This document shows positions 1 through 11,897 of a stretch of 64,000 bases of DNA, piece after piece. This stretch comes from Oopsacas minuta. Its lineage: Eukaryota > Animalia > Porifera. Within the stretch, counting starts at the first letter, position 1. The number at the start of each line of letters is the position of its first letter. The stretch is taken from positions 1-64,000 of the forward strand of contig JAKMXF010000177.1 of assembly GCA_024704765.1 (NCBI GenBank). Reading direction: 5' to 3'. The notes under the pieces were generated by a model. The model had not been told where the DNA came from. It did no database searches and saw only the letters and a program-made list of their open reading frames with translations. A program made the position numbers and the translations under genes.

Positions 1-1432
1 GGCTCCCAGACTGAAATGATGTGCTACACCCTGCAAGGACTCCATTTTAGAACGATCTGGAGAATAATATTCACGAACTAGAGTCTTCAGCGCTTCCTCA
101 CACTGTTGGGACCGCCTCCGCTTGGTTGGTGGCTTGCCAACGAGGTAGTTAGTATGCCGCACCTCCACTAGGCCCTGCTCACGCTTGAGGGAGAGGAGGA
201 ACTTCCATATGGTGGGGTGATGGCAGCCGACAGTGGCATTGAAGCTGCGGTGCCATGCCTCTACGGCGTTGGTTGTACGGGGGAGTCCTAAGGGCGTGCC
301 GATGTGGTTGTTCCACAGGTGAATAGGGTACGTCGCCGCTACATGGTATCCGGTGGCAAGTGTGCGGCCGATATACGTCCTCTCAAAGTAGTCGACTAGT
401 TCGCCTATCTCAGGCGTAAGGGGGAGGTCCATCGCCACTTGATCAAACAGATCGGGTACGTCTGCTGGTCGGGCAAAAGCAAGGGCTGGTATCCTCCGGA
501 TGCGCATAGCCAACTCTTCGTTATGTGTGTAGGCAGACTGCAGCCCTACAGACTGCACATGCCGCCAGATATTCTGTGTGAGGTGGAAGAAGCAGCACTT
601 CACTACTGTGTTAGGCCAGACATGCTCAAAGCTGGTAATCGCGCCCTTCTCAAAGTCCAGGAGCATCTGTTGAGGCTGGGCAAGTGGACAGAGTAGGCGG
701 ATCTGTTCCCACATCCTCAGGTAGGCAGCCTCCGTCTTGTTGGGCAGTAGCACGAACAGGCTCGGTAACAGATGACCGGTCTTCATAGGATCATCTCCTC
801 CACGGAGTCCATGCACCACATACACCTGGGCGAAGAGGGGCGGTGCCGTCTCGAAGGTGCCATCAGCTAGCCAGATCTTGCTTCGCTGCAGCATCCCGAG
901 GTTGTGTTGTGTCGCGAAGATGAGGAATCTGTGTACATCGTCTGCACCAGAGTCGTAGAGCAAGAACTGTTCTCCCTTGGCTGTCTGCTGGTAGAGCTAG
1001 CTCTGCTAGAGTGGTAGGCTGTGCTGGAGCTGCAAGTACACTAGCACGTTGGCGTTGTATCGTCCGCTTCAGGCTGTCCAGTTTGGGGAGTTTAGCAGCA
1101 GTACCCTCTGATGCTGTTTGCAAACTCTCGCCCACTATGTGGTGTGTGCTATCCTGGGACTCCCGTGCTCTCCTCTTCATGCCTGCCTTCGCTTCACAAC
1201 AGTCCGCTGTCTGCTCGTCAGGCCCATGGGAGTGCTCATTCGTGCGCTTGACTATCACCATCCCTTTGGTATGAACTCTAGCTTTGCAGACCCCTCTTTG
1301 CTCACACAACCAATGCGTCACATCTCCAACTCTCCTCTGCACTCCAAATAAAAATCCATTCTCCAACAGCTTATCTCCTCCTCTTTGTGACTTGATCAGC
1401 CTAAAGGTCGGCTGATCAAGAGGTTCCGCCAT
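1..1432 (-). pseudogene. FLYWCH + MULE transposase with a frameshift near 990
   Basis: ORF 863-1432 has FLYWCH-like ..GFLF..HWLCEQRGVCKARVHT..EHSH. The shifted frame reads QTAKGEQFLLYDSG..IWLADGTF..LLDFEKG..CCFFHLTQ..TTNAVEAWH..HPTIWKF, giving the D, D, CxxH and E motifs of MULE. Confidence 0.9.
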
Positions 1433-1859
1433 TAAGTATTGTTAAATTTCAAAGATGCAATTTAATAAGATATAATGAGAAAATGAATCTGAGTTAGAAT
1501 TAGATCATTTTCTATTTATGTCCGAAGATTGCAAATATCACAGGTGATCACATCCTGTTTACTACATTGCTCCTTACCAAGTATAACCTAAGAGTATTTA
1601 CTTCGTGTGTGTTTACTTAATACTTACTATAGCAATCTTTGGAATTCATATCATTAAATGGATTCATGGAATCATGTCATCTAAAATTAGAATTATGTAT
1701 CCAATTAAGACTTTCCGTGTGCAGAAATAATTATTAGAAAATTGATTATTTATGTGTACTTAGAGTAAATTAATTAACTAATATCATATCAAATTGGCCA
1801 ATCAAATAAGGTGCGAATTGTCGCAGTGCGAATTGTCGTGGTGCGAATTGTCGGTATCC
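1..1859 (-). mobile_element. MULE/Mutator DNA transposon (FLYWCH-type), 5' part; runs off the window start
   Basis: Terminus at about 1859 (GGATACC followed by tandem GACAATTCGCAC repeats, 1810-1859). Encodes a FLYWCH domain plus a MULE DDE transposase. Confidence 0.85.
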
Positions 1860-1860
1860 A

Positions 1861-3108
1861 GAATTATTTACAATCACTTTCAATATTCTACACATAGAAT
1901 TTGGCAAGAACACAAAACAAAGTATTGTGACTCAATATCAAATTTCAGAACAAAATACACAATATATTGTGCAAATCATAGCATTTCACTCTGTTTGATT
2001 AGTAACAGATTTAAAGTTGTTAGCTGAACCATGTGAATTATTTACAATCAGTTTCAATATTCTACACATAGAATTTGACAAGAACACAAAACAAAGTATT
2101 GTGACTCAATATCAAATATCAGAACATAATACACAATATATAGTGCAAATCATAGCATTTCACTCAGTTTGATTAGTAACAGATTTAAACTTGTTAGCTG
2201 AACCATGTGAATTATTTACAGTCAGTTTCAATATTCTACACATAGAATTTGACAAGAACACAAAACAAAGTATTGTGACTCAATATCAAATATCAGAACA
2301 TAATACACAATATATAGTGCAAATCATAGCATTTCACTCTGTTTGATTAGTAACAGATTTAAAGTTGTTAGCTGAACCATGTGAATTATTTACAGTCAGT
2401 TTCAATATTCTACACATAGAATTTGGCAAGAACACAAAACAAAGTATTGTGCCTCAATATCAAATTTCAGAATGTAATAAATACTATATAGTGCAAATTA
2501 TACCATTTCACTCAGTTTCATTGGGAACAGATTATATGTTGTTAGGTGTACCATGTGAATTATTTACAGTCAGTTTCAATATTCTACACATAGAATTGGG
2601 AAAGAACACTAGACAAAGTACTGTGACTCAATATCAAATATCATAACATAATACAAAATGTATTTGCAAATCATACCATTTCACTCAGTTTGATCATTGA
2701 CAAACTACTTCTTGTTTGCTGAATCATGTCAATTATTTACAGTCAGTTTCAATCTTCTACACATAGAATTTTGAAAGACCACTAAACATACTATTCTGAC
2801 TCATCATCAAATTTCAGAACATAATACACAATATATAGTGCAAATCATAGCATTTCACTCAGTTTGATCATTGACAAACTACTTCTTGTTAGCTGAACAA
2901 TGTGAATTATTTACAGTCTGTTTCAATATTCTACACATAGAATTGGGAAAGAACACTAGGCAAAGTACTTTGACTCAATATCAAATACCACAACATAATA
3001 CACAATATATAGTGCAAATCATAGCATTTCACTCAGTTTGATCATTAACAAACTACTTCTTGTTTGCTGAATCATGTGAATTATTTACAGTCAGTTTCAA
3101 TTTTCTAC
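1861..3108. repeat. Tandem array of about 7.2 copies of a 174-bp unit
   Basis: Unit start (GAATTATTTACA) at 1861, 2035, 2209, 2383, 2557, 2730, 2904 and 3078. Confidence 0.95.
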
Positions 3109-4266
3109 CTATATAACTTGTGAACTTTGAAAGAAAATCCGGTTCTAACGTTTCCCACTGAGAATATATCATACCCTCCTTTTCCTTATTTGTCTTTGGA
3201 GCCTTGACCATTATTCTGTGCTTCAGTACACCCCATAATTTCTCAATAGGGTTGAGATCCGGGCGTTTGGGTGGCCAGTCTATGCGTCTAACACGGTGTG
3301 TCTCTTTGATAGTACATGAAAACTTTGATGTACGGATACTCGAATTATCCTCTTGCAATTTCCATCCATCAGGGTATAATGTATCTGCAGTCTGAAACAG
3401 AACTTCATTTAGAACATTACAATACTGTTCTGAATTAAAGTTATGCTTGAATACCTTCACTGGGGTGGCACCTCAAGCAGACATTCCTCCCCAAATGTGT
3501 ACTTTGGGAGTATGCCGTGCAATGTTGAGGGTTGTTCGTTCACCTCTTGTCCACATTCGAATTCTACCCTGATTTAGCCAGATAGAACATTCATCCGTGA
3601 ATATGGTATCTTGTGCCAGTGAATATTCTTGTGTTTCTTGGCCGACCCTACATGTATTTTCTCATTCTGGGGAGTGATTCCCGGCCCTCTGATCGGAACT
3701 TTCTTATAAAGTCCCATACTCTTTATTGTCCTCCATATCGACTCTCTAGATATATCTAAACCCTGAGTGACCTGAAATTCACTTGCTACCCTTCTTACAG
3801 ATACTCGTGGATTTTTCGGAGCTTGGCTACAAGAGATATCTTGTTATTTTTGGACATTTTCATTGGTCTACCAGCTCCTTTTCGATGCTTCAAATTTTTG
3901 GAATCTGACACTGTAGCTTTGACATTATACACGGTCTTCAAAGAAATTCCACATCGCTTAGCAATTGACTTTATAGTAGTTGTTTTCAATTTTATCAACT
4001 CTGAAACTTCTTGACGTTTGGCTTGTTGCATTTATTTCGAAGAATTCTAGTTCACCACAGAATAGGGATAAAATGCTCAGTAATCACCAAGGATGACGCG
4101 ACAAAATCAAAGAAATGATGTGTAAAATCAAAAAAATTTGAAATTACAAAAATATGTATAATATTGTTCATGTAAAGTGATCGATATATATCAATTTCGT
4201 GCTTTTGCAATATTACGGGTTCTTAAGAAACAATCAGAAAATAGTAAATACCTTCGTGTCAGACTG
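3053..4266 (-). mobile_element. Tc1-like transposon, 5' TIR plus frameshifted DD34E transposase
   Basis: TA|CAGTCTGACACGAAGG terminus at 4266. HTH ORF 3795-4031. Catalytic motifs WFTDEC, LQEDN and DLNPIEKLW. Confidence 0.9.
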
Positions 4267-4268
4267 TA

Positions 4269-7200
4269 TCTTCATACAACAATCCATTGATAAATAACTA
4301 TGGTGATGCATCACTCCATGGTATATCATAGCTAGCTCAGTTGATATTATCAAATCTTCCTCGTGACCAGTGGCGTCGTGCTCTATGGGCCTGGGGGGGC
4401 CTGGGCCCCCCCAAATTTCATGAGCCGCCTCCAGATAATTTATTTCTCCCTATTGACTAATGCTTTTCGCTTTTGGTCTTGATGCATACTACTGATAGCT
4501 ACATCATGTACATAGGCCAACTCTTAATCTTTTGTTTTATATCTCAATTTTGAACATTATTTGATTCTTTTTTCCTAACTTTCGTATATAGTTATTATCT
4601 TTTGTTCGTCAATGAATTTGGATAAATATTTTCACCCTTTGTCACCATGTTCTCCTCCAATTATCCAATCAAGTGATACTTCTACAGATGCAGTACCACT
4701 AATAGTTCTATAGAATCGGAGACTTCGTTTGTGAATTACTCGTTGTTGAACGATGCTATGGGACAAGAATTTGTAATTCCAGTAGGCAGATTACTTCGTG
4801 CTGAATACATCAAATATGGACCTATACGACCGAAACTACCAAATAACTCATACCCTCAGACATTATTTCATGGGAAAATGAGGGCTTTTCAGGCAAATTG
4901 GTATATTTCAAGACCCTGGTTAGTGTATAATAAGTATAATGATTCGGCTTTGTGCTTTCCCTGTCGTGTTTTCGGTTCTGCATTAAATAAATATGATAGA
5001 ATACTTGTGAAAGATGGATTTAGACAGTGGTCACATGCGTTAGAGAAAATAGAGGATTCGATAAACATTCAAAAAGTGAAAATCATTCCATGTGCATGGA
5101 AAAATGGACTAGTTATTTACATGAAACTCCGGTAGATGTCCTCATCAGCGAAGATATGAAGAAAGCATTATCTCTTGCGAATAAAGAAAGGCAATCAAGA
5201 AAAGATATTGTTCATCCCCTGATTGATGTAGTTATTACATTAGCCCAATTGAACTTGCCTTTTCGTGGTCATAATGAAGGAGAAGTGTCTGCGAATAAAG
5301 GTGTTTTCAAGGGAATTGTCGAACTTATTTCTCGTTATCACCCACCTTTAATGATTCATCTACAAAAGGGACAAGCAAATCCAAAAGGTTATCCCAGTTA
5401 TTTATCACCTACTTCTCAGAATGAAATGATTCAGTATAGTGCCGAAATCTTGAGGGAAGATATTATTGAAAATATTCAAATAGCTCACTTTTTTTCAATT
5501 TGTTAAGATACTACTCCAGATATAGTTAAGAAAGATCAGTTATTTATTGTAGTAAGATACGTTAATATAAATGGTGAAATAATTGAATCTCTACTTGACT
5601 TGATTGATCAGGCAAATTATACAGCTGTAGGGTTAGTGGCAACTATTGTTGAAGTTTTGTGTAAGCACAGATTACTGATCGAATCATTACGTGGTCAAGG
5701 TTATGATGGATGTGCAACAATGGCTGGTGATATAATGGAGTCCGAAATTTATTTTAAGTAAAGAACCCTAGAGCAAATTTTGTACATTGTTATGCGCATC
5801 GGTTAAACCTAGTTATTATTGATACTTGTAAACGCAATGTGATCACTAGAAATTTCTTTGGAATAATGCAAAAGCTGTACGCATTTATTGAGGGTAGCAC
5901 AAAGAGACATGGGTTATTTAAAGATATCCAGATGAAATGCTATGCCAGTCAGGGTGAAGGGAAGAAAATAGGCACACTTAAATCACTAAGCGATACTAGA
6001 TGGTCTTCCCGTGCAGAGGCATGCCAAGTTTTGCTTGAAAATATTAGTGTTCTTCTAAAGGTTCTAGATTCTATTATATACGATGGTAAATATGATTCTG
6101 GTGTAGTATCAGATGCTTTCTCTCTATCAAAATGTATAGATTTCCAATTTTGTCTATGTTTTTAGTTACCTTTACAGATATCTTCAAATTGTGTAGTATC
6201 ATTTCAAAATATCTTCAAAATGAAGATCTTAACATATCATCAGCAAGTCTACATATTGAATCTTTGATTAGTATATTACAAGAATATACAACTGAAGCAC
6301 ATTTTGATCAATTATATTCATAAGCTGAAATAATTGCTGAGAATATTCGCGTCACATATAGTGAACCACGTCACATGAAGGTACCTACAAGGTTGGATGA
6401 TAGTAAACACCATGTACCAATAGTGTTAACTGGAAAAGATCGTATGAAAGAGAAATTCTTTAATGATGTGATAGAGTTGATTAAAAAAGCGCTTCAGAGT
6501 AGATTCTCACATGAAACCATGCCTCTTCTCAAATCTATTGAATGCTTAAATCCTCCTAAACCTGAAACTATACAGGATTTAAGAGCACTATCAAGTTATT
6601 ATATTGGCGACTTCGATGCAGATTTTATGGAATATGAATACAAACTTCTTGCGAAATCAATTGAATTATCCAATATCGGGAAAATTGGAATTCATAAACT
6701 TTATCTTTATATAGTCAAAGAAGGGATAGCCAAATTATATCCCAATTTAAACATTCTATATATGTTGATTCTTACACTACCAGTAACATCCTCCACATTT
6801 GAACGTTCTTTTTGAACATTAAAGCTTATTAAGACTCGATTACGTAGCACAATGTGTGAAAACAGGTTAAGTAATTTACTGTTATTGTCCGTTGAATCTA
6901 ACAGAATGAAATCAATCCCTGAAACATTTGAGAAGATTCACGAGAGATTTTGGAATACTCCCAGGAAATAGTGTATATCAGTACTGAACATATGAACACT
7001 AATTTAGAAATATAATAGTATTTACCATAGATTACTTGAAATATAGTTTGGACCAAAGAGAGTTCGAGTACAATTATTATGATATTTATAACTCTTTTGG
7101 GATGTATTATTGACTCTATGCCCCCCAGAAATTTTCCAAGCACGACGCCACTGCTCGTGACTGTTTTCCGCAGTAAAAAAACTTGACATGGCACAAGAAG

Positions 7201-8039
7201 CAATACCTGATTCAACGAGGGTATTATGTTTTCCGCTATTGCGATGTGCAGTTATAGCCTTGATCCCATCATGCTTCACAGTAAAAGAACATTACAAACA
7301 GTGCATTTTGCAGAGTTGAAATTAACCTTTGATAACCAACTGCTATTAGAGGGGTTGGTAAGCAATTGAATACTAAATGAATACTCTATTCTTGCTTTTT
7401 TAGGCTTTGTTTTATTCATTTTTCCAAATTACAGTGAGTGTAGAATACAAACTACCTATGGAATGCAATCTAAAGGATGAATTTATATCAATATTAATAA
7501 TACTTAGATAAACAATCAAGATATATTATTAAGATGTTGTCTATTAGTTTAGGAGGATAACTAAAGTCTCAGAATACGAAACTTGAAAATCATAATTTGT
7601 ATAAAACCAAACACATCAACCATAGTGCGTAACTAAACTAGCTTACTCAGGGTACAGAATAAGTAGGGAGATAGCAAAATGAGGGGGAGTCGGAATAAAC
7701 GGGACCGCATATTCGATACCCTCGAGTAGACAGTAGTATACAAGGTTTGAAATATTATATGGATCTGAGACAGGTAATTGTAGAAATCCAAGTAATACCA
7801 AATTCATGGGTGAATAATAAATACTAGACAGTAGAAACTGGACAATCATATTTGAATTCCATATAAGCATTTCTAGAATAATATAGATCTGAGTTGTCAG
7901 ACAAGGAATACTGAACTATGTGTACTGTACGTACGAATAACTAGCAACTAGGAACCTAATTTAAAAATCATAAGAAGTCAAATCCTCCATTCCCGGACTC
8001 CGAACAAATGGCTCCAAACCCTAACGTCTGGCAACCCTA
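4269..8039 (-). mobile_element. Inverted 5' half of a TAGGGTTGCCAG-ended hAT element (BED-like finger N-terminus), interrupted by the 4368-7153 hAT
   Basis: TIR ends at 8039 and is followed by TTTCCAAC, the reverse complement of the TSD at 17261-68. Removing the nested hAT gives WLSKV..KCTVCNV..VKHDGIKAITAH..YHGVMHHHSYLSMDCCMKI. Confidence 0.85.
4368..7153 (+). mobile_element. hAT transposon (ZMYM1-like/TTF-Zn finger type), decayed
   Basis: TIR CAGTGGCGTCGTGCT at both ends and 8-bp TSD CTCGTGAC (4360-67, 7154-61). ORF fragments show RPWLVY..LCFPC, LPFRGH, SDTRWSS and ERSF. Confidence 0.95.
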
Positions 8040-8047
8040 TTTCCAAC

Positions 8048-8710
8048 TGAAAAATCCACACATGCCAGTCCAAATGAATAATGAAGAGCGGAAATTGAAC
8101 TTGCACCTCGTAGACATCTTTTATTGACAGAATTTGGTGAACTTATCGATGCAAGGAAAATATAACACAGTGATGGATTTTATGGATAAGGTCAACGGAT
8201 TGTTAATGAAATTGGATTTCTAGAGAGGAGATTACGCAAGGAATATACAATCAATTTCAGAATTTTAACACGCACATTATTGAAAAGAAAGAGGCTCTAT
8301 ATTCAGACTCAAAAGGTCTGCTGGAGCACTTGATATTTCTAAAACAAGAATATGTTCATTTTGGGGATCTGAGCAAAAGTAAGAAACATCCATTAATATT
8401 CCTGTAGATTACATCTCGTCAGTTTCACAGGAAGAGTTTTTTGAATTTCGTATTTGATGAGAATACTAAAAAAGTTCTCTCATACAATTACACAACATGT
8501 CCAATAGTATTGGCACATCCTGTCACAATTGAAAAGTGGCATAAATAGGCATGCCACTGAAGACTAAAGATGACTTCGACATTCTTGAACATTAGATATC
8601 ATAAACAATGAAAACAAGATATTTTTCTGCTTTGTGCTGCTGCACCCAAAGTTTCTTTCAACATATTCATGTCATGTGCAACTCGTTCCACTAGTTGTCC
8701 AGTGTCCCAA
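8048..8710 (+). pseudogene. Decayed C-terminal half of a Charlie/Buster-type hAT transposase
   Basis: Remnant motifs LVDIF, NLVNLSMQGKYNTVMDFMDKVN and PKFLSTYSC. Confidence 0.55.
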
Positions 8711-9542
8711 TACTCTCGGCTATGTAGTTTATGATGTAGGATATTCAAGTTATACTCGATCTATCTAAAGTGACCATCAGGATCCTACTCGTCTTCACTT
8801 TTACATAATTGTGTGATTCTGGTTGTTCTACACTTGTTCTGGTAATTGCAAACACAAATCGATTTTTGTAGAAGACGACATGCGATCTGGAATTTCTAAT
8901 ACAGAATCTGCCATATGAAAACTTACTATGTTGAAACAAGTTTCAATCTAGTAAGTTTATATATGACAAATTCTTGATTAATGTGATTATATGTAAGGAA
9001 TACAAAATATTTTGAATTAAATTATGTGTTAATTAATTATGCATATCCTATATATTTGCCTTACATCATGAAGATTACTAAAAATTTACCTAACGACATG
9101 GTATAAACAGTACTTCGTTCCTGGAATATATAACAGCAAAATGTCAAAATTGGATTATCCATAGTCCAAAATTTCATTTAATATATATTAGTCCATCTAA
9201 ATTATATTTTAGTGGTGACACTGGAGCTCCAACGTGGCTTTTGTTAATTAATCTCAGAAATCGTATTTCGTCCATTAAGAAATACTCAAATATTTTGCAT
9301 ATTCCGAATGATTATTTTCTACTAAGTACAGCAATGATATTATAATAAATCCATCTAAGACTCAAAATTTCCAATACTTGGGGTTGTCAGAAAAACGAAG
9401 TGATCTGGCAATTGCCTCTGGTGAGGAAAAGATTAACTATTAGTAACATTATAGTTTTAGGTAATATCTATCACTTCTATACAAGAAATGTATCGTCAAT
9501 TTCTTTAGTAATCAATGCTAAATTGGATTATGGTTAATTTAG

Positions 9543-9569
9543 AATTGTAAATAATTTCGTGTCAGACTG
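9543..9569 (+). repeat. 3' TIR of the Tc1 element whose 5' TIR is at 4266
   Basis: AATTGTAAATAATTTCGTGTCAGACTG|TA matches AATAGTAAATACCTTCGTGTCAGACTG|TA at 4240-4268. Confidence 0.8.
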
Positions 9570-11897
9570 TATTACCCTGTGTATTTCCTGACTCTAAAAT
9601 CGCAACAAAGTTCCACTGTGTTAGAACTAAATCCGAGGCATTCATTGGTGATTTTTTATGCCCTCACTCTATAGAAGTGGTCACTAATGAATTGAATATT
9701 ACAAATAACATATTTTACTCAACTTATACCGACTCCTCTAACAAAAGAAATCTAACGCATTATCCTCTTGCTGTACATTACTTTTCAAAATCATTTGGGG
9801 CTAAAAATCGAGTTATTGACTTTTATATCTGCTCTGAAGAAACTTCAGATTCTATTTCTAGTAATATACTTACAAGATTTAAACATAATCAAATGAATAT
9901 ACAGTATTTAGTAAGTTATAGCGCTGATAATGCAGCAGTAAATTATGGAAAATATAATTCGGTTTTTACTTATCTTAGACAACTGTGCCCAAAGCATATT
10001 TCTTCTAACTGTAACTGCCATGTTATACATAATAGCCCACGTTTTAGATGTAAGGTTTATCCTGTGATATAGAGTTGCTCGTAATAAAAATATTCAATGA
10101 GTTTCCATATCAGCAAAAAGGGTGAAGGAGCTCAAGCCTTGCTTCGTGTATCTACAAATTTAATACAAAGAGTTATTACACCATGTCCTAACAAGATGCC
10201 TTAGCCTTCTACCCGTTTTAGACCGCTGAATATTATCATAGCCAGCTATATAGGTCTACTTTTACAACTTGGCGAGGATCAATGTCCAACATTTATTTGG
10301 GACTTCATTAAATATCAAGAACATGGGTTAAATGAAGAGGATGAACTATCCATGAATGAATGTTTTCTATATTTCGTGCATAGTTTTATGAATGTTTCCA
10401 AGAATCTATTAAGAAACCTGAAGATAGCACTACTCAATCACCTGAGGTATACAACATAATGTGTAGGTTGAGATCTAATCTGAAAGATAGACTTCGAGAT
10501 GGTTTTTATTGGTTCAAAGTTAATCAGTGTTCACCTAAACTTCAAGCACGAGAGCAAGTTAGGTTTAAAGATGAAGCTAATCGTGTATTCCAAAGGATTA
10601 TTTCATACCTTGACAAGTGGTTTGATTACGAAGGGAGCATTTATAAACACATCCAAATATTGAATTTAAACAGGGAAGAAATTACTTTTGATGAGCTCAC
10701 TAAAATTGCTTCTCACTTCCAAATCAAGATCAATGGGGATGATATGTATAATGAATTTTGTTGGCTAAGAGAATGGAGAGTAAAACAAAGAGAAAATGTC
10801 TTACCGTCGATGAGCAGTGGGTAGATTTTTTTCCTATGCAAATAGTCCAAATATATTAAGTTTGGTTGAATTTGCTCAAGCATTACCAGTGAGCAATGCG
10901 TATGTTGAAAGAATTTTTAGCCTAATGAAAAATCTTTGGACTGATGAAAGGAATCGATTAAGTACAGAAATGGTAAAAGCAGAACTTTGTGTCGATTGTA
11001 CTATTCTTTATCATGCAAAGACTTCTATAATTTTATTAGACAAGAGAATCGGTTGTTGAAAACCGCCAATCAAGTGATAAGTATTTTTCTAAATGATATA
11101 CAATCAATATATAGTATTTGCGACTCCCATAGCACAGTGGTTTAAAATGGGAGTTAGTAAAGAATAGGTATTCTAGTACCAGATAGCCATATGCAATGTA
11201 TTATTTGCGAATAGGTTATGGTATCCGAGGAATCGAATGGGGTAATCAAATTTCTTCTATGGCTTCTAGATTTCTGGATATGACGCCATCACATATCATG
11301 ATGAGGTCACATTTAAAAAATTATTTAATAAAACTCATAGAAATTTCCACTTCATAAGAAAAATCTCCTATTCTGCATATATACTATTACCCTGTATAGT
11401 ATTTGGATAAGAGTGTATAGATTTAACATTTTAATGAATCTATGAATTAATTATAAGTGAATCAACAATTTCGTCTATGGAAGAATCTAGTAATCTATTT
11501 TCGGTATTATCCCTACAACACTTTGCTCTTTTTGTGTGGCCATGTTCCCCACACCTTTCACAAACTAAACTTGAACGAAATTGATTCAATACAGGGTCAC
11601 TTTCAGAGGCCAGTCTCACGAAAATGTCCATTGCATTATCTTCAAATGAAGACTTCCTTGCAAGATTCTCCCTATACTTTCTTAGTAACTTGTTGCATGC
11701 CTCGGATCCCTCTTCAGAGAAACTTCTCAGACCTCGCCCAAGGTTGAACTCTTTCAAAATTTCTTCTGAGTGAGCTAATACCCTGTGTAATGTTGGGGTA
11801 ATGCTCACCCAAGGTAATGAATCAACGATCAAGAGATATGTATTGGTGCATAGATCACCAAAGACCTCGGTGTTAATGATCCTGTCTGAATTGATTA

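Noticed and set aside
1861-3108. CRISPR array or coding repeat (ORF 2365-2646)
   Set aside because: Whole 174-bp units repeat with no unique spacers, the context is eukaryotic, and the ORF is a by-product of the repeat.
7640-7740. tRNA- or SINE-like segment
   Set aside because: Only a weak B-box-like ATTCGATACC, with no cloverleaf or A-box.
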